From Chrysomallon squamiferum (taxonomy: Eukaryota > Animalia > Mollusca), in contig CM022665.1 in the NCBI GenBank assembly GCA_012295275.1, forward strand, positions 23,994,001 to 24,058,000: DNA of 64,000 nt, in the 5' to 3' direction. Under the pieces are notes generated by a model. It was not told the origin of the DNA. It did no database searches and saw only the letters and a list, made by a program, of their open reading frames with translations. Of this stretch, positions 1 through 13,930 are shown piece after piece. A program made the translations under genes and the position numbers. Within the stretch, counting starts at the first letter, position 1. The number at the start of each line of letters is the position of its first letter.

Positions 1-68
1 CGACTAGTACTATTGCTGGAACTAGTGCTACTACTACCTTAACCGCTACTACTATTATTACAATAACA

Positions 69-114
<46 letters not shown>

Positions 115-587
115 TGCCACTGCTTCTACCTTTACTACCAAGATATTTTACTCCATAGAAAAGCAAATTAAAACTTAAAGATTCTGCATTTCAAAGGAAT
201 CATGATGATATCATTTTAGTGATATGTACTGAATTATTTTCACCCAAGTTTTAGTCATTAAATCCCCCTTAAAATCTGAGACATAAATCCACTGAGAAGA
301 GAGAAATACCTTAACCTTTCTTTATGTTAACAATGTAATATAAATATTTGCCCGGGAAGAAGCTGGAATATAAATCGATAACAGAACGCATTTCAAAGGG
401 TTCTTCCAGGAGAAAATAAATCAGAGATAAAAACATGATGAGACTGTCGCCCAACAATGGAACGCTCTAGCTGCACAATGGCCATGTCGGTAGTTTTACT
501 CATGTGTTTCATTTAAAGTGATATGAGACAGAAAACCTGATGCAACTTTTATAAGTTAAGAGACCTTTTTTTTTCTTTTTGGTTTTT

Positions 588-690
<103 letters not shown>

Positions 691-1350
691 ATTATTATTA
701 TTTTTAATGCATTTTTCACACATTATAAGAAAGCACAAACTAATGCTCTTGAAAATTTTGTTTTATATCTATATCTATATCTATCTATCTATCTATCTAT
801 TTATCTATCTATATGTGTGTATGTGAGTCTGTATGTGTGTATGTATGTGTGTGTGTGTGTGTGTTTGTGTGTGTTTTCTTCTTCACGTGAGCTTTCTTCT
901 GAATGTGAATTAAACTGTTCATTCTCAATATCTTAGTAGATCCACCACCATAAAAAATGTCGATAAAGTAACAGAAGAGAAATCCGGTCAGCGGTCTGAA
1001 ATACGGAGTCACGATTTCCATGTTGAGAAAACTATTTTCAAACTCGATATTTCAAGACTGTGAGAACTTTCTTTAAATTTGAAAGGAATCTGGCTGCAGT
1101 GGACGACCGACATTAATTATGATTTCGATTAAAAGAGAATATTGTATTGTAAATGCGTGAATAGATTTAATATCTTCACTGATCGGTAAACTGAAGGTAA
1201 TTTTGAAAATGACTGCAAAGACATTCCAAACACCATCTGACTGCTAGAAATCCGTGAATAGCAAGAAAAATGATTTTTGGTAATATCTGATTACTCTATA
1301 AATGTATGTCTCTTGTTTGTGTAAATGTATGTTTATGTATGTTCGTGCAT

Positions 1351-1392
<42 letters not shown>

Positions 1393-2451
1393 ATAATTGA
1401 ATTTGTTTGATTAAAGGAAGAGTTCTCGATTTCTACACATACATACAACACAAACACACACATTCACATACAAATGTACATGCATACATATATACAGACC
1501 TATATACCTACCTATCTACATATATGCACGCACATACATACATACAAACATACATATATACACATACATACATACATACACGCACATACATACATACATG
1601 CATACATGCATACATGCATACACACGCGCATACGTACAACAAAACAATAACATCAAAGAACAAAAAGATCAAACGAACGAAATAAGAGAGAACCAGGCTA
1701 AGTAAAAAATCCTGTACTGAAAATAGAAACTTCTAGATGTGTGTCAAAATCTGCTTATTAATTAACACACTGAAAAGCGCCTCCTAGTGGGACATCATTT
1801 GATCGCACAAATGAGCAGTGACAAACAAAAACGTTCTTTCGTCTCTGCTTTAAAATGGATATATCGAATTTGATCTTCAATACAAATCACAAAATGAACA
1901 CAACACTGCAGAAGAGGAAGTGCATTCCCTGCCAAAATGCACTTGAAGTAATTTAGTATCGATTACGAAAAATATTGTTCAATCGATCACGACATATACA
2001 GCTCTAAATAATTTATGGACATACAATGTATAAAACACTGACACATTTTGGCACGTAAATATTTAATGATTTTAAATTTATGTTATTAAGTACTGGCTGT
2101 GATTAATAGAAAAATGACTCCAGCGAGAAAATAAAATATTCGTAAACAAAATAAATAAAATATAATGATAACTATATAGAAAACAACAACAACAGCAACA
2201 ACAATACTAAATAAATAAATAGACAGATAAATAGACAGATAGATAGATAGATTCATAAAAAGTACAATAAAAAGTAAATATAATTAGATATTATTACCAT
2301 AATAATTATATAGACCAAAGGAAGAGAATTTTCTTTTAAAAATAAAGATTGATGCAGAATATCTCCACATCGGTAGAAACATTTCTCTTTTAACTATAGC
2401 TTCGGTAATATGACAACAACTATGACGACAACAAGAACAAAAATTATACAT

Positions 2452-2490
<39 letters not shown>

Positions 2491-3272
2491 AATAAATAAA
2501 TAAATAAACATTCATTTAAAAAATAAAAAAAATTTAACATATACAGTACATGTATTTTTTCTTTTAAAAATTAAAACATTACTTTTATTTTATTACATAA
2601 TTTTTCTCACTGCATCTTATCTTTTATGATTAGTATAAAATTCATCAAGTTCAGAAATAGTACACAGAAAAACGTACCAGTCACGTTCATCAATAATCAA
2701 TACCGAAGTAACATATCGTGTTTCGATTGAAAAATACGTATACAAATAAAGCGTCTGTTTATTTAAAGATAAACACTTTATAAGTGGAATTGGTGAGATG
2801 CTTTGCAAGTGGAATGGAAAACTGAAAAACAAAGATTCATTTATATTAAATGGGTTTTAAAGTGTACAGATCATTCTGTTAACAAAATCACGTAACTTTA
2901 TTTAATTTTCTGTAATTTATTTATTTGTCGACTTATTTAAAATACATTTTATTATTGTTTTCTTTCAAAAGTTAGTAATGATGATGATGATGGTGATAAT
3001 AATAACAATAATGACGATCAAGATGATTATGATAAATAATAATAATAATAATAATAAAATGACAATGATGATAATTAATAATAATAATGATGATGGTGAT
3101 GATGATAATTAATAACATCAGTAATGATATTGTAGTAAAATACATTTAGAAAGAACTTGTGAAAAACAGTCAAATTAAGAGAACTGATAGAAAATTCCTG
3201 CATTTTTCTTTGTTTTATAAAAGTTTAACAACAAAAGGAACAAGACAGATGGGAATTAATTCCAGCTTTTAT

Positions 3273-3307
<35 letters not shown>

Positions 3308-3687
3308 TAGATAGATAAATATAGAGATAATAATTATTTATTTAAGCAAAAATTTATAAAAACATTTTAATCTCTGTCTAATGGTACTGCTTCTACTATT
3401 ATGCTGCTGTGTGTATCGTATAAACATAGGTTCATCCACCCCCATTGTTTTTCATCGGAGATCCTCCTACAAAGAATAGCTGGTGACGTCTTCTGATACG
3501 AATATCTAACAGTTTCGTTGTATCACGTTCGTGTAGGTTAAAAAAAACAAATTAGCTGGTCGCATATTACTGTCGTCATGGCAATTTGAATTAACGATGT
3601 GTGAAATATATATATATATATATATTTATAAACACACACGTATGAATGAAAGTATATGTGTATATATGATAATATTAGTAGTAGTAA

Positions 3688-3738
<51 letters not shown>

Positions 3739-4731
3739 CAGTGGTAGTAGAAAAGACACAGGTAATAACCATTCAAATTTATTTTTTGTGATAATTAACG
3801 AAATAACAAGAAATCATATCTCAACGGAAATAGTTAAACATGTTTGTTTTAAGTGTAACAGTTGTAACAGTAGTAATAATAGTGGTAATAGTAGTTGTAG
3901 TACTTCCATTTGGTAGTAATAGAAGAAGTAATATGTTTTGGTATTAATTATTGTTATAGTAACAATAGTAGCAGTAGTAATATACACTGTAGTGATAGTA
4001 ATAAAGTTGTAGTACTACTAAATCAGTAGAAGAAGTAGTTTTAGCGGTAATACTGGTGTAGTAGTAATAATAAAGTAGTAATAGTAATAATAATGAAGTA
4101 GCAGATGTAGTAGCAATACTCATAATAATAGCAAGAATACTAAGTAGTAAATGTATAAAGAGAGGGAGAGAGAAACACATACTGACACACACACTCATAT
4201 AAATACACATACACACACATACACATATACACAGACATATACACCAGACACATAACAGACATATGCACCTACATACACCAGACAGGTAAAAACAAAAACA
4301 AATCATAATAATGAAAATAAAGAAGTAAAGAAATGAACATACAAACAAACAAGCAAACAAATACATAAATAAGTAAATAAATAATTTAAAAAAATGAAAT
4401 AAAATAAATATAGTTTAAATAATAATAGCAATAATAAAGATGATGATGATGATAATGATGATGATGATAATAATGATGATGATGGTGATGATAATGATGA
4501 TGATAACAACAACAGTAATAATAATAAACATATGAGATTACTTGAAAATCCACTCTTACATCCAAATGCCCTTTCCATTACCGATTATATCGCATATAAT
4601 GTGCTAATATTTACACTGGATCACATTTCTAATAAAACAAAATAAAACAAAGAAGTGCTAAGTGGATGTGGGTGGCAAATCATTTATTTACAAAAGGTTG
4701 ATCGCAACAACAACAGAAAAAAAGTTACAAT

Positions 4732-4776
<45 letters not shown>

Positions 4777-4910
4777 TATAATTATTATTATTATTATTAT
4801 ATAATGATGATGATGAAGATGACAACAACAACAATAATAATTTTTTTTTTTTTTAAATAAATAGAAATAATAACACAAATAATAATAACATCAGTTAGAA
4901 CGACAGTAAC

Positions 4911-4953
<43 letters not shown>

Positions 4954-5112
4954 AAAACATCAAAGTGAAAATCTTTTATTTGGAAACAGTATGGTACAGA
5001 CAGACTATTCTTATAAACAACACAAAAACCGAAATAAGAGTAAAACAGTTTAACATCTATCTGTAATCAGGAAAGAACAACAACACAGGTGGTTGATAAA
5101 TAAATTACCCAG

Positions 5113-5143
<31 letters not shown>

Positions 5144-5983
5144 ACAGCCCTGTTAATATAATATAACGTCAATAATGTTATTTTTAATGGAGTTTAAATG
5201 TAGACAAACAATATACTAGGAAGGAATGAGGTTAGCTCCTAATGTAACTTTTAACCTACGTAGATTAACGTCAGTTATATCGTAGTCTTTGTTTTTCTTT
5301 TTTCTTTCAGTTATTTATTGATTCTTTCAGTAACAAAAGAATGAAATATAATGAAGAGAGCAGCACAAAATACAGTCTAATATATATATATATATATTTT
5401 AAAATTGATTAAAACAAAATAATGAATAGTAACATTTTGACATATCACGATAGATACTGCCTTTTCTTTCTTTTCACTTAATTTATTGATTATTTTAATA
5501 ACAAAGAAATGAAATGTTATCACGAAAGCTCTACAAATACAAATTAAATAAATAAATTTAAAAACATAATAAATACATTTTATAAAAATTAACCTTTTCT
5601 TTCAATTTCTTTGTTATGTATGTTTGATTTTAAAAGTGCATTTGTTAAAAAGTGTAATTGATTTTTTTTTTTTTTTAAACTATAACATTATGTCATTATC
5701 AGTATGTTAGTTGTTTTTGTTGTTTTTAGTTTTTAGTTTCTTTTCTCTTTCTTTCTTCAGTCATCGATTCTATTAACAGAAAGTAAAATCTAATGATGAT
5801 AACAAGAAGAAATAATTGTACTGATTCTTTAAAAAAATAAAAATAAAAAAAGATTTAGATTTTTATAATAATAAATGACATTTATCAATAGTTTATTGAG
5901 TAACTACGACTAAAATAACAATACCGCAAAACTGTTTTCTAAAATTTGTTTTTAAATTGTTTTGAAAAAAACAACAACAACAA

Positions 5984-6048
<65 letters not shown>

Positions 6049-6459
6049 TGATGATGATGATGGTGATGATGATAATAATAATAATAATAATAAAAAAAAC
6101 AGTAAGCAAATAAAAAAAAAAAAAAAAATAGTGAAATTTTATCCTGATATTCAGTCATTCGTTGATTTACACAAACAACACAGAATACAAAATACAGTCT
6201 GTGCATTTTCACCTTGAAATGATAAATTTCAGCCTCCTTCATTCTCTGTTTTAGATTTTGGCGATTTAGTCAGTAAAATTCTGAAGATTAATCTATCTCT
6301 GTTTTAAGTCGCTGTTCAGTCTCAAAGGCATTGTGTGCACGTAGCAGCAGAAAATAAAATAAAGACCCATAACAAACGTTACAGGAGTCGAAAAACAAAT
6401 TACAAAAATAAAAAAACACATTTAAAAAAATGTCAAGCATGAAACGCCAGCCTATAAAT

Positions 6460-7280
6460 AATTTATCATTAACGCGATATCTTCAGCAAGATTTCAAAAG
6501 AAAGGTCAAACTGTATAAATACTCTTCCCGCAAAATGCATGTCTTGATAAATCCTTTTTAAGATCAGAAAATTTATAACGAGAGACTATGGAAATTACTA
6601 CATATCAGATTACAAAAGAATCTGATCGAAATCAGTGCAAGATACGTGAAATGCAATTACACTGCTTAACATAAGAAAGGTTGGGCACCTTTGACATTTT
6701 GCATTGAACAGTTTGGTTTTTATTTTTATTTGTTTATTTATTTTTATTTGTTTTAGACCAATTGCATCTATGATTTATGATGACTTTATTTTATTTTGTA
6801 ATTTTCTGATAGTATTAATTAAAATAATGTTTATTTATACAGTTTGGTATTCGTACACATATAAACGTTTCAAAACTCTTTTTTTATAAGTAAAAAAAAA
6901 AAAATCATCTTTTTGAAGAAAATATCACATATAACATATTATATTTGAAGAATGAACGCTAAGCACTAAGCCACAGCTTCTTCTGTATTATACTTTATTA
7001 GAAAAAGAAAAAAACCTCTTTAGTTATGTTCAGAGTGTTTTCACATTCAGGTGTTCAAAGAAAAAATAGAGTGTTCGGTTTATAGCTGTCTGTGAAAGCC
7101 ACAGGTAACAAGATAGCTTCCAAAAGTGACCTTTACGTTTCCAATATACAATAAATATTCTTGACAGAATTTAGTTTTAGCTTACTTATCTACAAAGCAA
7201 GAAAACTCCATTGTCAATAATACTTACCTGGACAAAAGCAATAACTCTTAATTATTTAGAGACATCCTCCTGTAATTACT
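6460..7280. repeat. Dispersed repeat; inverted homolog lies at 26995-27330
   Basis: 6460-6597 matches the reverse complement of ~27195-27330, and ~7095-7280 matches the reverse complement of ~26995-27170. Confidence 0.8.
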
Positions 7281-7802
7281 AGTGTTTCAGCCAAATATCC
7301 ATCAATTATCCGAAATCACTGAATTTTTATTACTTAAATCCAGTATTCTTTATTTATTTAAGCAAGTGAAATTGGAAATTATCAAGCTTCATACTAGGGC
7401 TTACGATTAATTACAGCTGAGATCTTGTAAATATTTTTTTTTTATGATTATATAATTGTGGTATGTGCCGAATTGCTAATAAATATTTTGAAAATCTCTT
7501 GATTGTCAGAAAACATTCAAAAGGAGCATCCTTTATTTACTTAAGTAAAATGATTGGGAGTTTTTTATTTGAGCTAAAGATTAAGAAGACTTTAGATCTC
7601 ATAATAAATTCAGTTTAATAAAAAGTGTAGTATCAGTTTCAGTCAAAATTATTTTGAGACATGTCATATGAATATTCATGACTGAAATATTTTCAAAAAA
7701 TACACAAACACATACACATATACACAAGCGCACACACACACACACGTTCACGCCTGTATACACACATACGCAACCACTCAGGCATGCACATACACACACT
7801 CA

Positions 7803-7839
<37 letters not shown>

Positions 7840-8524
7840 TTTTGTAATTGTACAGTTATTACTTCAATACATCTTTCGTTATTTAAAAGAGTCAGATACT
7901 TAAGTTTAACTACTTTTCAAATTTCATTAAAACTTCACTTGGATTAAAGTATGTGGTACGGGCTGTGCTGATATTACGTTCTAACGAAAGATCTGTTACG
8001 GATCTGCACGACAAGGTGAAAAACTGAGTTAATTTCTTTAGTGCTTCTTTTCTTTAGAGTAAATATTAGGAGCCGAATTTTTTTGTAATTATTTAAAGTC
8101 CATTACTACCACTTTAGTAATTATTCCATCAGTGATGGTATCGAATGCAGACACGATTGTAATTAACAAATGAAGTGGAAAAGAGAACTGTCATATATTA
8201 TTACCATCGGTGTGTATTTAAATTGTCATTAACCTATCTATATATGTGTTTTTAGCTGACATGAGAATAATAGATACAAATGTAATGTGACATAATATAA
8301 TATAAAATAATATAATACAATGCAATGTAATACAATACTATATAATACAGTACAAAGAATGCAATACAGTACGACACAATACAATATAATATAAATATGA
8401 AAACAAAGGAAAGAAAACAGGTATGCTCCACGTATAGCGAACTGCTCTGTGTGTTTGTGTGTATGTGTGTGTCTGTGTGTGTGTGAGTTACCGCTCAGTT
8501 ATTACATAAAGAATAATTTAAAAA

Positions 8525-8700
8525 CACATACATACATACATACATACATACACACATACATACATACATACACACACACATACATACATACATACATACA
8601 TACATACATACATACATACATACACACATACATACATACACACACACATACATACATACATATATACATACATATATACATGTATATATATATATATATA
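8525..8700. repeat. (CATA)n/(CA)n compound microsatellite
   Basis: Visible tetranucleotide run; the source of several spurious ORFs. Confidence 0.9.
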
Positions 8701-10653
8701 CATGAACAAACAAACATACATAAATAAAGTCACACACATACATACACACTCACACACACGTCAAGGGTTTTTTTATTTTTTTTTTATAAACATATGCTTC
8801 AATAGCATTACCAAAGATATAACATAATCACTGGCTTTTTGACACAAATGAATTAACAGTGACATGGATTGTTAACAAATATAATTTTATACGGTTATCA
8901 TACATATAAACGGGTCTGAAAGGAATCGAGAAAAGTCTGACGATAGTTAGACCGAGGAAGAATGATACTGTGACACAACAGTGACATTTAAACTACTGAG
9001 TCACACCTTATTTGTCAAGATTAAATTAAAACAGGCGTGTGTGTCTTGTTCATTTATATGATATATTGAAAATACGCAATTTCAATCATATCATTTCTTT
9101 TGTCATGATGACATACGTTTCTTTTATCTATGAACAATAACAAGAACGATTTTTGTCTCTGAAGAAACGAATACTTTGATATTTCTAATACATTGTAATG
9201 TAGATAATTTATACTGGACGACTTCCTTATTACTATCATTACACTGATCAGATGTAAATGTCAGTGCTAGTGATCAGAAGAAACATAAAACGTTATGTTA
9301 ATTTAGAAAAAAGAAAGAACTATAAAATAATAATATAATAATATAATAAATATAATTTAAAAAAGGGAGAGTCACGCAAATGGGGGAAAACAACAACAAC
9401 AACAACAACAAAAAGTACCACACTGACTTAAACACATTCTGTTTGTTTAGAATTAAGTGCTTTGAAAAATAACAAAACAGTTTTTACTCTCTCTCTCTCC
9501 CACGCACACACACACACACACACAAAACCATGAGAACATCGACTATGATTTAATTTTATTTAGCTGTGTTCAGTTTTAGACAAATGTTTTCACAGACAAC
9601 AAAAATCTGTTTAGAAACAATACAATTATCAAGTGTATTTCAGGGCAATTACTGTTTAATAGCTTCATTCTCATATTAAAAAAAATTAGTTTGTTAAATA
9701 TAAGAAAGACAGTATTTTATAACTATTTTAATAAGTGCCTGTAGCTGCTACAAAACCAATAGTTATGTGTTGACATGGGATATATTTATTTTCAAGTTTT
9801 TATAGGTTTTTTTTTGTTGTTTTTTTGTTTTATTCAAAACAAATTGAGTCAGTTCATTTTTTATTATTAGATACAGATTAATGCTTTTTTTTTTTTTTTA
9901 CTTACTTTTCCTATTAACTGATATAATTTAAAGCAGTGCATTCAATAAATAAAAGAGATACGGCTATCTGCAAATGTTTTGGTTAAACTGATCTTGGATT
10001 TAGCAAACCATTAATTTCGTCTTCTATGATTTATGGATTAACAAGTCGACAGCTAAAAGCCAGGTAGGTTCGAACAATAAGCTTAATTATAACTGAAGTA
10101 ATTATCATTGTCTGTCACAGTACATGCAATTCCCAAGAGGGGAAGTGTTCCGTGTTAGCGTGAAATGCTCAATTCAAACGATTAGTCGTGTCGGTCTTTG
10201 TGGGAAAAACTGGACACGATTAGGTTAAAATGACTAGTGCAAAACTACAATGAAACGTGTTTAGACCCACTGAATACTGAAACATGTCTGTGACGTGTGA
10301 CGGGAAAAAAAAAAAAAAATCCAAGAAAATGTTCGTTTATTAATGTGAGAGAAAACGGTGACTGATGTCATAAAATGTTAGGAAAAGAAAAATAATAAAA
10401 ATAATAATTAAAAAAATAAAGTATGCAGTGATGATCAGCTTTATTACTATTTATTCACTTCATTGAAAATCGAGTTTTCTGGAAAAGACACTAACTTAAT
10501 GATTAAAATCAAAAGATCAGTCCTCTTCTCTGCTCCGGCTGGGTTCTTTTCTATTCCAACCACTGGTTAATCGTAAGCTGTGTACCTGAAGGTGCATACG
10601 AGATGTCGTTTTCTACTAAAGGTTCTTCTCTGTTATTATCATATAAAAAAATA

Positions 10654-10701
<48 letters not shown>

Positions 10702-11399
10702 AATAAATAAAAAAATAAAAAAAATAAATAAGACGACTAACTTTTCCTAAGTATTAAAAATAAAATGTGTGGAAGTGTTATTAAACATTTATTTATTTTT
10801 CTGAAGACTGTTGGATATATAATCAATTCAAAACATACAAAGAACATGGTATGCTTGTTTCCGTTTCTCCTGGTGATGGAACAATAGTCACAAAATCGTT
10901 CGCAATTCTTGCCATTTACGAAGGATTGACTTTTTAAATTCATGCAAATTATTAATTTTTCTCCATAATGTTTGGTTTTCGTCATAAAATAAAATATAGT
11001 TTACTAAGAAAAAAAAAAAAAGTAGAGAAGAAAAAAAATAAACGAGAAGAAAGAAGAGGGAAAAAAAGGAGAGATAAAAAAAAAAAAAAACAACAACCAA
11101 GAAGTATTTAATTGGATCATATAAAAACATTTATTTGTAATTTACCCAGTTCCTTTATATTTGCAATTTCGATATTTTCAATTGGCAATTAGAAAACACA
11201 ACCTATAAGTACTGTCATTAACTAAACTATCGATTCTTTAACTAGGAGGCACATGGCTCTCTCGTGAGACTGGCAGAAAATAGAATATCTGCCTGGTAAC
11301 AAACAAATTATTACAAGACTCGATGGTGCAATAGGACTAGGAGACAGCGTGAACAGATCTCAGTTCTGACTCATATTAAGAACTAACAAAGGCGTAAGA

Positions 11400-11805
11400 T
11401 CACTATACCATCCCTTCTAGATGACTAACACACTAACATTGTCTTTGTCAAATTAACCAGGCATCCATATTAAGTGATCACTAACCATACTGACTAGGTA
11501 ACTAACACACTAACACAGTCTTGGTTAGACTAGCCAGGCTCCCATAATACGTAATTGATAATCATCGTGACTAGATAGCTAACATACTAACACAGACTTG
11601 GTGACCCAACCCAGATTTCTGTACTAAGAGATCGTTTCACCATCTCTTCTAGATGACTAACACACTAACATAGTATTGGTCAGACTTGCTCAGGTAATTA
11701 AGTTGTCGCTAACCATTTTGATTAGATAACTAACACAAGAACACAAATATTCATTTTACTTTATGTTTCTGGGCCATCACTTCTACAAAACTAACACACT
11801 GCCAC
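11400..11805. repeat. Diverged ~77-bp minisatellite, 5-6 units
   Basis: Core (CTAG)ATGACTAACACACTAACA recurs at ~11424, 11501, 11578, 11656, 11729 and 11790. Confidence 0.8.
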
Positions 11806-11872
11806 AGTAAAAAGTCTAGGTTAATCTGGCCACATTCCAGTATTATGTAGTTTGAACATTCAGAACTATTCT

Positions 11873-12077
11873 GGTGGTTAACTGATAGATTTTAAAATAT
11901 TTATTGAACAAGATACCTTTAAAGTAAACTTTGGGAATTTGACTTTGAGTGTAAAGGACAGATTGTGGTGACCACTGATAGATTCTAAAATATTTCATGA
12001 ACAAAATATCTTTAAAGGAAACTTTGGGAATTTTCAGTTATGGCTTTGAGCTGAAAGGACAGACTGTGGTAACCACG
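11873..12077. repeat. Tandem duplication, ~91-100 bp unit, 2+ copies
   Basis: ACTGATAGATT(T/C)TAAAATATTT..TGAACAA..CTTTAAAG.AAACTTTGGGAATTT..CTTTGAG..AAAGGACAGA.TGTGGT.ACCAC is repeated. Confidence 0.8.
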
Positions 12078-12744
12078 ATATGCTGTGTGTAGGGCTGAAT
12101 TACTGAGCTGGCAAAGCAGGCATATGACTACAGGTCCAAGGAGTTAAGTTAATAACAAATGTGTGTTTGGTAAATAAACATTTCCATTTTAATATATAGT
12201 ATGAACTCAAATAAATTTTTAATTTGGATTATCTCCTTCTTCTTCTATAATAATAATAATAATAATCGTAATAGTAGTGGTTGTAGTAATAGTAATTATT
12301 ATTATTATTACTGTTGTTGATGTTGTCGTCATCATCATCATCGACGACATTGTTAAAAAATATAATAATCATGATGACGATGATAATAAAAAGAAGAAAA
12401 AGATGACGAAGCAAGAAAACGAATATAATAATGATGTATTTATTTATTGTTTTAATTGAAAAAACAATTCATAAACAGTTGAGAATGAAAATGGAAAGTC
12501 AAATAAGAGGAAGGAAACTATTCAAAAAAGCGAAAAGGAAACGAATAAAACGTAGAGGCCAATGAACTTAAAAGTGTTGATATAACATTTCATTACAAAC
12601 ACAGAAGAGTAATTGATTCTGCTTGTTTTCTCATCTCCCATCTCAGATTCCACTGTGTTTTTCTCATGATGTTATTGTCTGTGACACAGATAAATAATGA
12701 TGCATTCATTAAAAAAACATATCTATTTTTCTTTTTTTATTTAA

Positions 12745-12793
<49 letters not shown>

Positions 12794-13357
12794 TAGTAGC
12801 ACTGGTAGCAGTAGTAGTAGAGCACTGGCAGTTTTAGTAGTGGGATTAGTGGTAGTATTACTAGTAGCAGTAATAGTAGTAATTATAATAATAATAACAA
12901 AAACAGAACAAAATAGTAGTGATAAATTGCCTTCTACTTTTACAAAACAATTAATCTCCGCCATTTTAACATTTACTACCGTAATTCTGACGTCAGTTCT
13001 TACATGGCGATTAGAAAAAAAAGAAAAAAAAAAGGAAAGAAAAAAGATCGTATTTAATATATATTATTAAGTTATAATTATATCTTAGGGGGTAAAATTT
13101 TAATATCTAACAGCTGAAATATTTAGAGCTGCCTGTTAATAAAACTATCTTTTGTTATAATCATTGAAAATATGACAGTAATAAATAATGATACCTTTTT
13201 TTTCTTAATCATTAGACTGAAAAACTAAAATAAATAAAATAATTAATTTCTTTGTAAATGTAATTAGGTCTTTTTTTTCTTCTTCTTCTTTTTATTTTTT
13301 AAATTATTTATACTGTTCCGAAAACATTTTAACCAGTAAACCACAAAAACTAATAAA

Positions 13358-13392
<35 letters not shown>

Positions 13393-13801
13393 ATAATAAT
13401 AATAATAATTCTACAAGAAAACACGGATGTTAAATATCAGTAACAAAAAAAAATAAAAAAATAAATAAATAAAAAAAAAAAAAAAAAAATAAAAAAAAAA
13501 AATAAAAATAAAACGTAGTTCAGTGTTTGTAATTCATACATACAATGGATGTTATCGAACTTTTTATATTTTCATTTTTCCTAACAAAACACAATAAAAA
13601 ACACACACACCCGCCCACCTACACAAACGCACACACACGCACACGCACACACACAGATGTGTGTATAGATATATTATTTTATATGTCGTCAGTGAGTATA
13701 ATATCAAGCGATCACATTTCATTGTTTTTAGCGGTAAGTTCTGAATGTAATTAGCCTTTCATCATTAAAAAACACGCAGGTTTCAGATATACCTATACGG
13801 C

Positions 13802-13930
13802 AATATGGCAGAATTCAAAAGACATTATTAACAACAGTAAACTGAGCCTGTCTTAACTTCTAAAAATATGGCAGAATTCAAAAGACGTTATTAACAACAG
13901 TAAACTGAGCCTATCTTAACTTCTAAAAAT
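13802..13930. repeat. Near-perfect 63-bp tandem duplication
   Basis: AATATGGCAGAATTCAAAAGAC(A/G)TTATTAACAACAGTAAACTGAGCCT(G/A)TCTTAACTTCTAAA twice, 2 mismatches. Confidence 0.9.

Noticed and set aside
7220-7231. ATACTTACCTGG, identical to the 5' end of U1 snRNA
   Set aside because: The downstream sequence does not continue as U1. It is the reverse complement of a perfect splice donor inside a dispersed repeat, and the 42-nt pseudo-exon next to it has stops in all three frames.
10055-10080. GGTTCGAAC as a tRNA T-loop/B box
   Set aside because: No cloverleaf stems or A box around it.
11400-11805. Regularly spaced ACTAACACACTAACA repeats resembling a CRISPR array
   Set aside because: The intervening sequences are homologous to each other, the context is eukaryotic and no cas genes are present; it is a minisatellite.
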